Below are positions 35,705 through 47,338 of a stretch of 64,000 nt of DNA, in pieces (the stretch's first letter is position 1; each line of letters begins with the position of its first letter). The notes under the pieces were generated by a model. That model was not told where the DNA came from and ran no database searches. It saw nothing but the letters and a program-made list of their open reading frames with translations. Both the position numbers and the translations under genes were made by a program. This stretch comes from Malacoraja senta (Eukaryota): positions 620,001 to 684,000 of the forward strand of contig JAXLNO010000438.1 in the NCBI GenBank assembly GCA_038087875.1. The letters run 5' to 3'.

Positions 35705-38177
35705 CATAGTCATAGAGAGAGATACAGCATGGAACTGCCCCCTTTGCCTGATGAGTCCACATTAACCATCAAACACCAATAAAGTCTCTGATTCCTGGAA
35801 TTGTAGATATTTACTGGAAAGGAGGAAGCTTTTGGTCTACTGTGTCCATGTTGGTTAAAGAAGAGCGATGAAACCTAACCTTTTAGATCTTGTCTGGTAG
35901 TTTGCTCCTTCAAAATCCTTCTGTTCGTCTACACATCCCATTATCACTTATTCCAAAGTTGCATCATGCAAAGTGGGAAACACACAGTTCTCTTCACCCG
36001 AGTGCACAGAAAGAAATATTTCCAAGCATTAACCGTGTTACTTTTTGTCCACTGATGGACAGCAACACTATCGTGCTTTCGAAGATTAAGAAACCATTTC
36101 CTCAACAGCGCTATCATGGCACTTATGATAAGATCACTCATTTAACAATTAGCTACCCCTGTCAATGATTCCCAGGCACCACATTCTATCAGTTAGTTGC
36201 TAATTATAACATACTACTGCCATGAGAATGCTTTCATGGCTTTTAACAAACATTGGCCCACTTACACAAATAATTTGCTTCAGCCATTCTCTGCCAAAAA
36301 AAATGTTGCTTGACAACATTACAATTAGTTGGAATAAGTTGAGTTTCTTAACTTTTGTGTAGAAGAGATTTAAATTTACCTATCGACTGATCATTATTTA
36401 TCCTAGACACACACAAGTGTGCTCGAGATATTATGTTTAAACCACTTCATTAAACCAAAATCAAGCAACCTCTCATCTCTCTAGAGTGCAGTGCAAAGCA
36501 CTGATTATGGACTGGAAAAGGCTTCACTACAGGAGAACCTACAGGTAGATAGTTACAATTTGTAATTTTTACCAATATATCCTTCACCAGTTGCAAATGA
36601 AAATATCAAATAATTTTATGGTATTGTGCAAGAGTTGGCGTCCTCTAAAGACATATTTTCCTGCACAAATATTGCAGGGATTACCTACGTCTGTAATGAA
36701 TGCAGAAGGAAATAGGAATGTCAGGAGGAAACTTAAGCAGCTACAGAGATAACATGCATACTCAGCACGGACATCACTCAAGGTCAGAATTGAGCCCGAG
36801 TTCCCAGAGCTGGATGAGAGCAGGATTAATAATGTACACTAAGTTTTTGATATCTAATGACTTTGGGGGGTTACCTGCTAAAGATCAGTTGAGGTATGGT
36901 GGGCCAAGATAGAAACCATGGAGGTTGGAGATGGTTAGGCTGGTGGTCTTCAAAGAGGGTTACAGAGTATCGGCCCAGAGCTTGGTAGTGGTAGAGAGGG
37001 TCAGGCTGATATGATTTGTGTGGGTGTTGTGGCTCTCGCAGAAAAGTCAATACAAGGGTTAACTATTTATGGTAAGAGAAACTATAGTCCATTGAAAGCC
37101 TGTTTCTGCATGAATGGTCCAAGCCACCTGTGAGTTACACTAATGCAGACAAAAAGTGTAGTACAGGCAGCCATTGATTCCACATGTTTGGAGTCTGTGC
37201 ATTAGAACATCAGTCACACAGGGTTTGGAGGAAAAATAAGTGAATTTTACAGAATTAACAGACATTCCTGATTTTCTTTTGCGATCCATTTTATTGAAAT
37301 GTAATCAGGTGGCATATATCAACACTGCACTCAAAGCTATTTATAGGCCAATGTACCTAAATTTCTTCATAAAAAGAAAAGTTATATTAAAAGAGAATTA
37401 GCTTTTTAGGACCAAGTTATATATTATTGTACAATTTTACAATCAATTTGAGCTATATTAATGAAATAATGATTACTACCAGTGTGTCAGGAAATTACTA
37501 ACTGGCATCTGCGTTAGCAGTTTGGAACTTGTTCCACATGTTGCAGTTTAACAACAGAAATCTCCACAGAGTATACCTCTCTCTACTCAATGAGATCTTT
37601 ACGACACCTTCACTGTAAACCAAGTGCATTAGCAATGGCACATCATATGCCAAAATTCTTACAGTTTCTCACGAGTCTTAACAGGAAGGACGGTGAAAGG
37701 GCAATGCCAGTTGTTTGACTGATTGTACCCATGTAAGGTATGATTTGACTGGATAGGACGCAAACCTACGTTTTTCAACGTATCTTGTTACACTTGACAA
37801 GAATAAACCAATCCCAATACCAAGAGAAGACAGAAGTGGATGGATGGTTAAGAATAAGATAAAGAGTGATGAGAAGAGATGTACAGTAGTTAACAATCTA
37901 TGCAAATGAATAGAAGCTAAATAAAATGCTTGTTGTAAGGGGAATTAAAACTAGAAATTACAGAACTACGAGTGGAATCAAAGGGTTAAGAAGGTGTGCG
38001 AAGATGAAAATGTGTAAAGTTGCAATGAAATGAAAGTAGAAGAACTGGTTGAAATGAAGAAGGAGATAACGAGTGCGACAATAAATTGAGTGAATTGGAA
38101 GAATGTTTCCGTCTGAAAGGGCAAGGAGTGACAATAGACAATAGGTCCTTCAAGCTAGCACTGCTATTCAATATGAT

Positions 38178-39923
38178 CATGTCTCTAGCATGTCCAATCC
38201 CTTAATAATCTTATATGGTTCAATAAGATCCCCTCTCATCCTTCTAAGTTCCAGAGTATACAAGCACAGCCGCTCCATTCTATCAACATATGACAGTCCC
38301 GCCATCCCGGGAATTAACCTCGTGAACCTACGCTGCATTCCCTCAATAGCAAGAATGTCCTTCCTCAAATTTGGAGACCAAAACTGCACACAATACTCCA
38401 GGTGTGGTCTCACTAGGGCCATGTACAACTGCAGAGGGACCTCTTTGCTCCTATACTCAACTCCTCTTGTTATGCAGGCCAACATGCCATTAGCTTTCTT
38501 CACTGCCTGCTGTGCCTGCATGCGTACTTTCAGTGACTGATGAACAAGGACCCCAGATCTTGTTGTCCTTCCCCTTTTCCCAACTTGACACTATTCAGAT
38601 AATAATTTGCCTTCCTGTTTTTGCCACCAAAGTGGATAACCTCACATTTATCCACATTAAACTGCATCTGTGATGCATCTGCCCACTCACCCAACTTGTC
38701 CAAGTCACCCTGTATCCTCATAGCATCCTCCTCACAGCTTACACTGCCACCCAGCTTTTGAATCTGCAAATTTGCAAATGTTACTTTTAATCCCTTCATC
38801 TAAATCATTAATGTATATTGTAAATAGCTGCGGTCCAAGCACCGAGCCTTGCGGCACCCCACTAGTCACTGGTTGCCATTCTCAAAGGGACCCGTTAATC
38901 CCTACTCTTGGTTTCCTGCCTGCCAACCAATTTTCTATCCATGTCAGTACCCTACCCCCAATACCATGTGCTCTAATTTTGCCCACTAATCTCCTATGTG
39001 GGACCTTATCAAATGCTTTCTGAAAGTCCAGGTAGTCAAAGTCAAATGTATTTGTCACACGCACCCAAAGGTGCAGTGAAATGAATTTGCCAGCAGCAAT
39101 AAACTTTAAAAAAGAACACACAATACACAATACAATTTAACACAAACATCCACCACAGCATTCTTCACTGTGGTGGAAGGCAACAAAGTTCAGTCAGTAC
39201 TCCTCCTTTGTTCATCCATGGTCTGGGCCATAAACCCTCCGTAGTTGCCACTATGGACAGCCGGATGTACAGGCCCTCTCGTCGGGATGATCCAAACTCC
39301 GACGTTGGGACGGTCGAACACACTTGGAGCGCCCGAATCAGAACTTTCCTACCGGAGACAGCGGCTTCAGGACATTATAGGCCGCAGGTCGGAGCTTTTT
39401 CCGGCGATTCCCGGCAAGGAATCCCAGACTCCGGGTGGTAAGTCCACACCACGCCCGCAGCTAGAAGCTCCGCAGACCACAGCCCCATGATGCCAAAGTC
39501 ACCTGGCCAGCGAATGGAGCACTCCTTTCTGGCGACCCCTGGCAATGGTTCGCCCCCACTCTGCGATGGAAAAGTCCACACTGCGCCCGCTGCTGAAGCT
39601 CTGGGCCCGGGTCCGGGAAAGGCCGCTCCAATCCAAGTTGTTAGGCCACAAGAGGGGAGGCGGAGAAGCGACATGGAATAAGCCGCCTCTCCGTTGAGGG
39701 TGACTGAAGAATGGTTTACCCCATTTCCCCCCCACCCCCACACCCACACAAGACACACCGAGAAACATCCAAAACAAACACTTAGACAAACCAAAAAAAC
39801 CAAAAAGTCTAAACAACAAACACGCTGCTGGCAGGGCAGCCGACTCGCTACATCCACTGGCTCTCCCTTGTCCATTTTCCTAGTTACATCCTCAAAAAAT
39901 TCCAGAAGATTGGTCAATCATGA
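38178..39923 (-). mobile_element. CR1 LINE RT fragment, split by an insertion at 39035-39848
   Basis: LTNLLEFFEDVT..DKGEPVDV | YLDFQKAFDKVPHRRL...QFNVDKCEV...LVRPHLEYCVQFWSP. Confidence 0.95.
39035..39848 (-). mobile_element. Non-coding LINE-tailed element (long SINE-like), type B
   Basis: Cleanly interrupts the CR1 DV|YLDF motif; (gtcaaa)n tail; shares a block with 29425-30141. Confidence 0.8.
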
Positions 39924-40042
39924 TAGGGAGATGGGACTGTTGTGAGCGAGGAATAATGGTTAATAATTACCGAAAAAGTCTTACTTCAATTATTCTGCTA
40001 TTATTCAGTGTTTTCAATAAAATAGTATATATGTGCTTCAAT

Positions 40043-42337
40043 GGTAGACAAAAGTGCTGGAGAAACTCAGCGGGTGCAGCAGCATCTATGGAGCTATGGA
40101 TCTCCACTCCCCTGTCTCACTCCAATCTCTCCCCCCCCCCCTGAACGTACTGCCATCGACTCACTCCGCAACAACCCAGACTGGGTTATCAAACCCGATG
40201 ACAAGGGAGGTGCCGTGGTAGTCTGGCGCGTCGATCTCTACAAAGCTGAGGCCACGTGCCAACTCTCGGACACCTCCTCCTACTTACCCCTGGACCATGA
40301 CCCCACTGACGAGCACCAAGCCACTATCTCTAGCACCATTACCGACTTCATCAACTCCGGCTCCCTGCCCCCCCACCCCACCGAGCCTCCAACCTCATCG
40401 TTCCCCAGCCCCGCACGGCCCGATTTTACCTTCTCCCCAAAATGCACAAACATGACTGTCCCGGTAGACCCATTGTCTCTGCCTGTTCGTGCCCTACCGA
40501 ACTCATTTCCACATACCTTGACTCCATCCTATCCCCCTTGGTTAAATCTCTCCCTACCTATGTTCAAGACACCTCAGACACTCTCCGTCGTCTCCGCGCA
40601 TTCCGTTCTTTAGGCCCCCATCCCCTCATCTTCACCATGGACGTCCAGTCACTCTACACCTCCATCCCCCACCAGGATGGTCTCAAAGCCCTCCGGTTCT
40701 TCCTCGACCGGAGAAACAACCTATACCCGTCCACTGATACTCTCCTCCGCTAGTTGGTCCTTACCCTCAATAACTTCTCGTTTGACTCCTCCCATTTCCT
40801 CCAAATAAAAGGCGTAGCTATGGGCACGCGCATGGACCCCAGCTACGCATGCCTCTTTGTCGGGTACGTCGAACAATCCTTGTTCGAGGCGTACCAGGGC
40901 CCCAACCCCAACCTCTACCTCCGCTACAATGACAATTGCTTTGGTGCTACCTCCTGCACCCACACAACTGACTGACTTCATCCGCTTCACCACTAACTTC
41001 CATCCGGCGCTCAAATACACCTGGACCATTTCCGACACTTTCCTACCATTTCTTGACCTCACTATCTCCATCGCAGGTCATAGACTTCTGACCGACATCC
41101 ACTATAAACCCACTGACTCCCATGGCTATCTAGATCCCTAGTGAGGGAACACGCGGTGTCCACGGGGACTGTGGAGGTCTTCTGTGAACGCTGGTCACCG
41201 CAGGAGGTTGAATATATTATAGATAAAAATGTTAATATTTTAATTTGATAGTTTTGTGTAAATGGTTTTTAAATTGTGTGAGCTTTCTACCCTTCCTTGT
41301 AAATTGTACATTTGTTTAAAAATCTAATAAAAAAAACATTTACGGAAAAAAAAAAAAAAAAAAAATGGCTATCTAGACTACTCTTCTTCCCACCCTGCTT
41401 CCTGTAAGGACTCCATCCCCTACTCCCAATTCCTCCGTCTACGCCGCATCTGCTCCCAGAATGAGGTGTTCCACACCAGAGCATCGGAAATGTCCTCATT
41501 CTTCAGGGAACGGGGGTTCCCCTCCCCTACTATAGATGAGGCTCGCACCAGGGTCTCTTCCATACCCCGTAACACTGCTCTCTCTCCCCATCCCCCCACT
41601 CGCAACAAGGGCAGAGTCCCCCTAGTCCTCACCTTTCACCCCACTAGCCGTCACATACAACAAATAGTCCTCCGTCAGTTTCGCCACCTCCAACGTGACC
41701 CCACCACTCGCCACATCTTCCCATCTCCCCCCCTGTCTGCTTTCCACAAAGACCGCTGCCTCCGTAACTCCCTTGTCAATTCTTCCCTTCCCTCCCGCAC
41801 CACCCCCTCCCCGGGCACTTTCCCTTGCAACCGCAAGAGGTGCTACACTTGTCGCTTTACCTCCCCCCTCGACTCCATTTAAGGACCCAAGCAGTCGTTC
41901 CAAGTGCGACAGAGGTTCAACTGCATCTCCTCCAACCTCATCTATTGCATCCGCTGCTCTAGATGTCAGCTGATTTACATCGTTTCGCCGAACACCTTCG
42001 CATTAACCAACCTGACCTCCCGGTTGGAGGATCAGCACCTCATATTCCGCTTGGGCAGTCTGCATCCCGGTGGCCTGAACATTGAATTCTCCCAATTCCG
42101 TTAGCCCTTGCTGTCTCCTCCCCTTCCTAGCTCTCCCTCAGCCCTCGGGCTCCTCCTCCTCCTTTTTCCTTTCTTCCCCCCTCCCCCCTCTCCCACCCTC
42201 CATCAGTCTGCGGAAGGGTTTTGGCCCGAAACGTTGCCTATTTCCTTCGCTCCATAGATGCTGCTGCACCCGCTGAGTTTCTCCAGCACTTTTGTCTACC
42301 TTTGATTTTCCAGCATCTGCAGTTCCTTCTTAAACAC
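40043..42337 (+). mobile_element. Penelope-like element: inverted partial pLTR, RT, GIY-YIG, pLTR (disrupted)
   Basis: VIKPDDKGGAVV, GRPIVS, MDVQSLYTSIP, GVAMGT, YLRYNDN motifs; inverted pLTR at 40043-40094; 15-bp TSD tatatgt(g/t)cttcaat (40028-40042, 42338-42352). Confidence 0.95.
41135..41364 (+). mobile_element. 5'-truncated Tx1/L1-type LINE 3' end nested in Penelope
   Basis: REHAVSTGTVEVFCERWSPQ, aataaa, poly(A); 13-bp TSD atggctatctaga (41122-41134, 41365-41377). Confidence 0.85.
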
Positions 42338-43025
42338 TATATGTTCTTCAATTATATGCTTAGAATTGATGTAAAAATATAATGGGAGAAATTGTCCCCA
42401 GCCACTTTCTGTGAAATCAACCATCAACATTTTGTCTCCTCCATGGCAATCAAGTACTTGCAAGCTTTTCTGATGCAAGAGAAGGATTATTGGGCATAGA
42501 CTTACCGGTGCAGTTATGATGCACACGTAATTTATTTCCACATGTCAAAGGGTAATATTCCCATGCATATTAAAAATAAAATGACTGCAAAAAATATTCA
42601 CTTCAAGATTTCTTCAAGTAAACTGAAGCATCTAAATTATTTTTCACTGCCTACTTATCTTGCCTTGTGCCATGCATCAAGATCAGCTTCCATCACGATT
42701 GATTGATTGATTCAGTAACAGCTGAGGCTGGCCAAGGATGATAATTGCAGAGAGCAATTACCATGAGCAATTATCATCTGCAAAACAACTAGGGTGTATT
42801 CACTATTATAATATTCTTTAATACACATTTAAAAAATATATTATTGTAGTTTTGTGGGAAGTGCACAGCAAATGCAACTTGTACATTGAAGAATACACAC
42901 ATTAAGAATGTATTTATGAGTATAGGGAGTCTTAATTTGAAACCAAAAAGATATGAAAGGCTTAAAGCCTGTAATAAAAGAAACACTCCCAGAAATAACA
43001 CAAGAAAAAAAATAGTATTTCTGCG

Positions 43026-43560
43026 GATAGATACAAAAAGCTGGAGTAACTCAGCGGGTCAGTCAGCATTTCTCGAAAAAGGCATAGGTCGATGCGCTTC
43101 TTCAGAATGAGAGTTGGGGAAAGGGAAACGAGAGAAAAGACAGTGATGTAGAGAGATATTGAATCAATGAAAGGCAAAAATGTAACGATGATAAAGGAAA
43201 CAGGCTATTGTTACCTGTGGTCTACATGAGAACGAGTTACAGACAATCAGACGCAACAAGACGACTGAAGCTGGTGTGACTTGGATGGAGGGGGGGGGGG
43301 TGGAGAGAGGGGGGGATGCAAGGGTTGCTTGAAGTTCGAGAAATCAATATTATTACCACTGGATTGTAAGCTGCCCATGCGAAATACGAGATGCTGTTCC
43401 TCCAATTTGCGTTTGGCCTCACTCTGATAATGGAGGAGGCCCAGGACAGAAAGGTCAATGTGGGAATGGGAAGGGGAAATTAAAGTGTTTGGCAACCGGG
43501 AGATCAGGTAGGTCCAGGCAGACTGAGCGAAGATTTTCAGCGAAATGATCGCCCAGTCTA
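43026..43560 (-). mobile_element. Penelope-like 3' fragment
   Basis: DLSVLGLLHYQSEAKRKLEEQHLVFRMGSLQ plus pLTR. Confidence 0.85.
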
Positions 43561-44136
43561 CATTTTTCTGAGGAGAGGATTTGCAGATATTGTTGCAGTT
43601 GTTTTGTTGGTGATGGAAATTAATATTTGTCACAAGTTGAAGTGAGTTAATGGGTGCTTAATCATGGAAGTCAATAAATTAGCAAGTTTATTTTTCCAAT
43701 CCAGATATTAATTAGCATTTGTTATCTCCAGTGATTTTACTGCCTTTTTGAAAGTCATTTTTTACAGCGACATAATGAAATATCACTAAAATGATATTTA
43801 TTTATTGCTATTCTTAATAAAAATAACTATCTTCCACTTTATTGCAAAGCATTTGAACACATGCAGTTTGTCTTAAATATGTTAACTATTAGTAATCAAC
43901 TGCCACTCACAAGATTGCTCAATCCCACATCCCTATTAATTCCTTAAATCTTTAGGAATCAGTTTGTATTTATACCTGGAAAGAAATTAGGATGAGAAGA
44001 AACTTGGAGGGGAACCAAGGAGTATTGTTTTTTCTTCAAGTCCTGTAGAATTTTTCTTCAGCATAAGGAGAAATTCATCCTTTGGAACCACCACTAATTA
44101 CTGTTACGTTACTGTACTCAAGTGTCAGCTGTGTTA

Positions 44137-44372
44137 AGTGCCTGTCCCACTTTCACGACCTAATTCACGACCTCTGCCAAGTTTGCCCTTGACATACTCG
44201 CAGCATGGTCGTCACGAGGTCATAGGAGGTCGTAGGTAGGTCGTAGCAGGCCGTGATGCTTGTTGTAGGTAATCGTGGCAACAGGTAGGTCGGGGCGTTT
44301 TTTCTAGCATGATGAAAAATGTCCATGAGTAAAAAAGGTCGTGAATTAGGTTGTGAAAGTGGGACAGGCCCT
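44137..44372. mobile_element. PIF/Harbinger-type MITE, copy 3 (236 bp)
   Basis: agtgcctgtcccac...gtgggacaggccct, flanked by tta/taa. Confidence 0.85.
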
Positions 44373-44714
44373 TAAGAGTGTCAACATTTACGGTAGTTTA
44401 TTTGACTGGTGAATGTGCAGAGTTGAATTGCAGCCTGTGGGAATTTATCACATTTTTAATACTAGTAATGAAAGATAAATTTCTCAGCCCTGTCCTTTTT
44501 ATTGTTTGCAATTGAGTTTGCTGGCCAACAGATTGGAAGGCTGTGGCAAAATAGAGCTTTAAGGGAGTGAGGGCCAGCTGAGGAATGGCTGGAGTTGTAG
44601 AACACAGGGAAGTAGGATAATGACCCGTTTCAAGTGTGGGTGAGGTGGGAAGGGACTTGAGTGGTTTAGAGGAAGCTCTCCTATTCATGGACTTCAAACA
44701 GAGTGATAAAGTTA

Positions 44715-45186
44715 AGGGCCTGTCCCACGAGCATGCGACTGCATGCGTCAAGCGCGACCAAACCGGAAGCGGGGGCTGCGCAGAGGTCGAGTGATCCCCG
44801 TACAGGGCCGGTCCCACGAGCATGTGACTGCATGCAACGAGCATGACCAAACCGGAAGCGGGGCCGCGCGGAGGTCGAGTGAGTGACGTGAAGTTCGAGC
44901 GAAGTCCGTGGGAAGTTCGCGCGTGAAGTACGGTGTCGAGACGCTGCGCACGCCCGTCGAGGCGGTGCGTACGGCGTTGAGGTGGCTGCGGGCCCCAGGC
45001 CGTTGCGCGCGGAATTTTTGAACAGTGTCAGTTTTTCGGAGCCCCGCGCGATGTCGGGACCAGCACCGCACAACTCCATATGGCTCCGGCGATCGAAGTG
45101 GACCGGCCCCGTGAGGCCGTACGGCTCAAGCGACCACGTTAGGTCGCGCTTGCCACATGCAATCGCATGCTCGTGGGACAGGCCCT
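44715..45186. mobile_element. PIF/Harbinger-type MITE, copy 4 (472 bp; related to copy 1)
   Basis: Same TIR, TTA TSD; internal duplication of the left arm (cccacgagcatg.gactgcatgc at ~44725 and ~44813). Confidence 0.9.
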
Positions 45187-45670
45187 TTACAGATTATTTC
45201 GAAGGCTCAGCTCCATGTCCTCGTATCTGCTTTGAAATCCACCCCTTCCCACCACCAACCAACCTTCCCACCCCCTTAAGCCTCTGGGATATCTCTACTT
45301 CTCCAAATTTGGCCTATTGAGTATTCCAAAATTGAACAGTTGCTTTGCGAATTATCTTTGGTGTATTAAATATAAATGAAGTTGGTTACTTATCATTTCA
45401 TGCAAATTCCGTACAAGCAACCAACATTCACCTCATCCATCCTCTCAGTAACACAAAGCAAGTTAGTCAAATGTGCTTTGCCTATAATAAGCTATAGTCT
45501 TAATGCAGGACTTTTGTAGTAATGATTCTTTTTCTGGTGAATTATGATCTCTATAAGTTTCCACAATGTTAAAATTATGTTTAAATTATTGCTTGGACTT
45601 ATCTGTTCCTCCTTTTCTGAGCATGGATAAAAGCATAGATTTTCTGAATTTTGCCTAGTAGTGTCACCAC

Positions 45671-46181
45671 TAGGATTGCCAACTGTCCCTTATTAGCCGG
45701 GACATGCCGTATATTGGGATAAATTGGTTTGTCCCATACGGGACCGCCCTTGTCCCATATTTGACTGCTACCACTCTGGTCGAGGGGACTATCGCGTCCG
45801 GCCCTGCCTCACCCGTCCCGACGTAGTGCAGCCCATGGAGTGTAGCAGCAGCGCCTCGCACGTGGCCCCGTCGGTCAGCAGCCCGGCCAGCTGTCCGACC
45901 TTCGGATCTTCACTTACCGCCGACACCACCACCCCTCCTTCTCATGGCCGATCATCGGTTCATGAGTTGGATGGGGTGCCGGACTTTGAGCGTGAAGTCC
46001 GGCGCCCAGGCCAAAACTCTTCAGCTGGCCTGCCGGCTGGGCTTTGTGTGCAGTCCAGCACCCGGGTCAACTCATCATTCACCCAGCCACGGCCGAGTTG
46101 GTCAATGAATTGCCATCGGGAATTTGTCCCTTATTTTTACCTTTTGTCCCTTATTTGGGAGTGAGAAAGATGGCAACCCTA
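45671..46181. mobile_element. Non-autonomous hAT element (MITE)
   Basis: TIR taggattgcca / tggcaacccta; perfect 8-bp TSD gtcaccac (45663-45670, 46182-46189); subterminal tgtccc repeats. Confidence 0.9.
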
Positions 46182-46484
46182 GTCACCACCTATACCCAAA
46201 CTGATGCATCATCCAATATCCCAATAAAATCCCTGTTTACCATTCCTTTTCCTTGGGAAACTCCTTTGCACAGTATTCATTTAACCATTGACATTTTTCT
46301 GTTTCCACTAATATCTTTATCTGAACATTAATTACCTCCACTTTTTTTAATCATTAACATGCCCAGATATGCCTATCTTTGGATTTCTTCTCTTCAACTC
46401 CTGTCCTGCTGAGTTACTCTGGCATTTTGTGTCTATCTTTGGTTTAAACCAGCATCTGCAGTTCCTTCCCACAGACTTCAAAAA

Positions 46485-47338
46485 GGAGACGTCGGGAGAA
46501 CATGTGCCAACTTTCATTGGTGGTCAGCGGTGGAGTTAGCAGCTTCAAATTCCTTGGCATTAATCTCTTGGATGACCTGTCCTGGACCTAACACATAGAT
46601 TTAATCACAAAGGTGTGCCAGCATCTCTAATATTTTAAGAAAATTGAAGAGATTTGGCTTATCACTGAATATTCTAACAAACCGCTACAGATCCACTGTA
46701 GAAAGTAACCTGAGTCTGAAGAAGGGTTTCGGCCCAAAACGTTGCCTATTTCCTTCGCTCCATAGATGCTGCTGCACCCGCTGAGTTTCTCCAGCACTTT
46801 TGTGTACCGTAGAAAGTAACCTGACTGGTTGCATCATGGTTTAGTACGATAATTCCAAGAATTCCAAGAATGCAAGTAGCTGCAGAGTGGTAGACTCAGC
46901 CCGGTTCATGACGGCACAGCATTCCCCACCAACTACATGCAGCGCTGCCTCAAGAAAGCAGCATCTATCATCAAGGATTTCTGCCATCTGGGTCATGGTC
47001 TCTTCTCACTGCTACCATTGGGCAGAAGGGGCAGAAGCCTGAGGTCCTACATCACCAGGTTTAGGAACTACTTTTTCTTCAACCATGCGACCTGAACAAA
47101 CACTACAGACCACTCCTTGTACTACCAGCAACTTAATTTCTAATAGAATTTTGCACTTATGTTTGTTTTTTTTGCACATTTTTTCACTGTCTTGTATATC
47201 ATATGAATAATTTTTGTATGTATATGTTTTGCGTGGTGTCTGAGTGTATGTGCCTGTGATGCTGTTGCAAGCAAGATTTCCATTGTGCCTGTACTTTGCC
47301 GTACCTATACATTTGACAATAAACTTGACTTAACTTGA
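46485..47338 (+). mobile_element. Degraded Rex/Babar-type LINE 3' region
   Basis: SSFKFLGIN..DDLSW, YRSTVES.LTGCI.V*Y, LLPLGRRGRSLR; tgacaataaacttgactt tail. Confidence 0.8.
46714..46808 (+). mobile_element. 95-bp Penelope-like pLTR insertion
   Basis: Starts at gtctgaagaaggg; perfect 16-bp TSD gtagaaagtaacctga (46698-46713, 46809-46824). Confidence 0.9.

Noticed and set aside
40043..42337. Active autonomous Penelope
   Set aside because: 5'-truncated, with stops, frameshifts, a nested LINE and deletions in the GIY-YIG domain.
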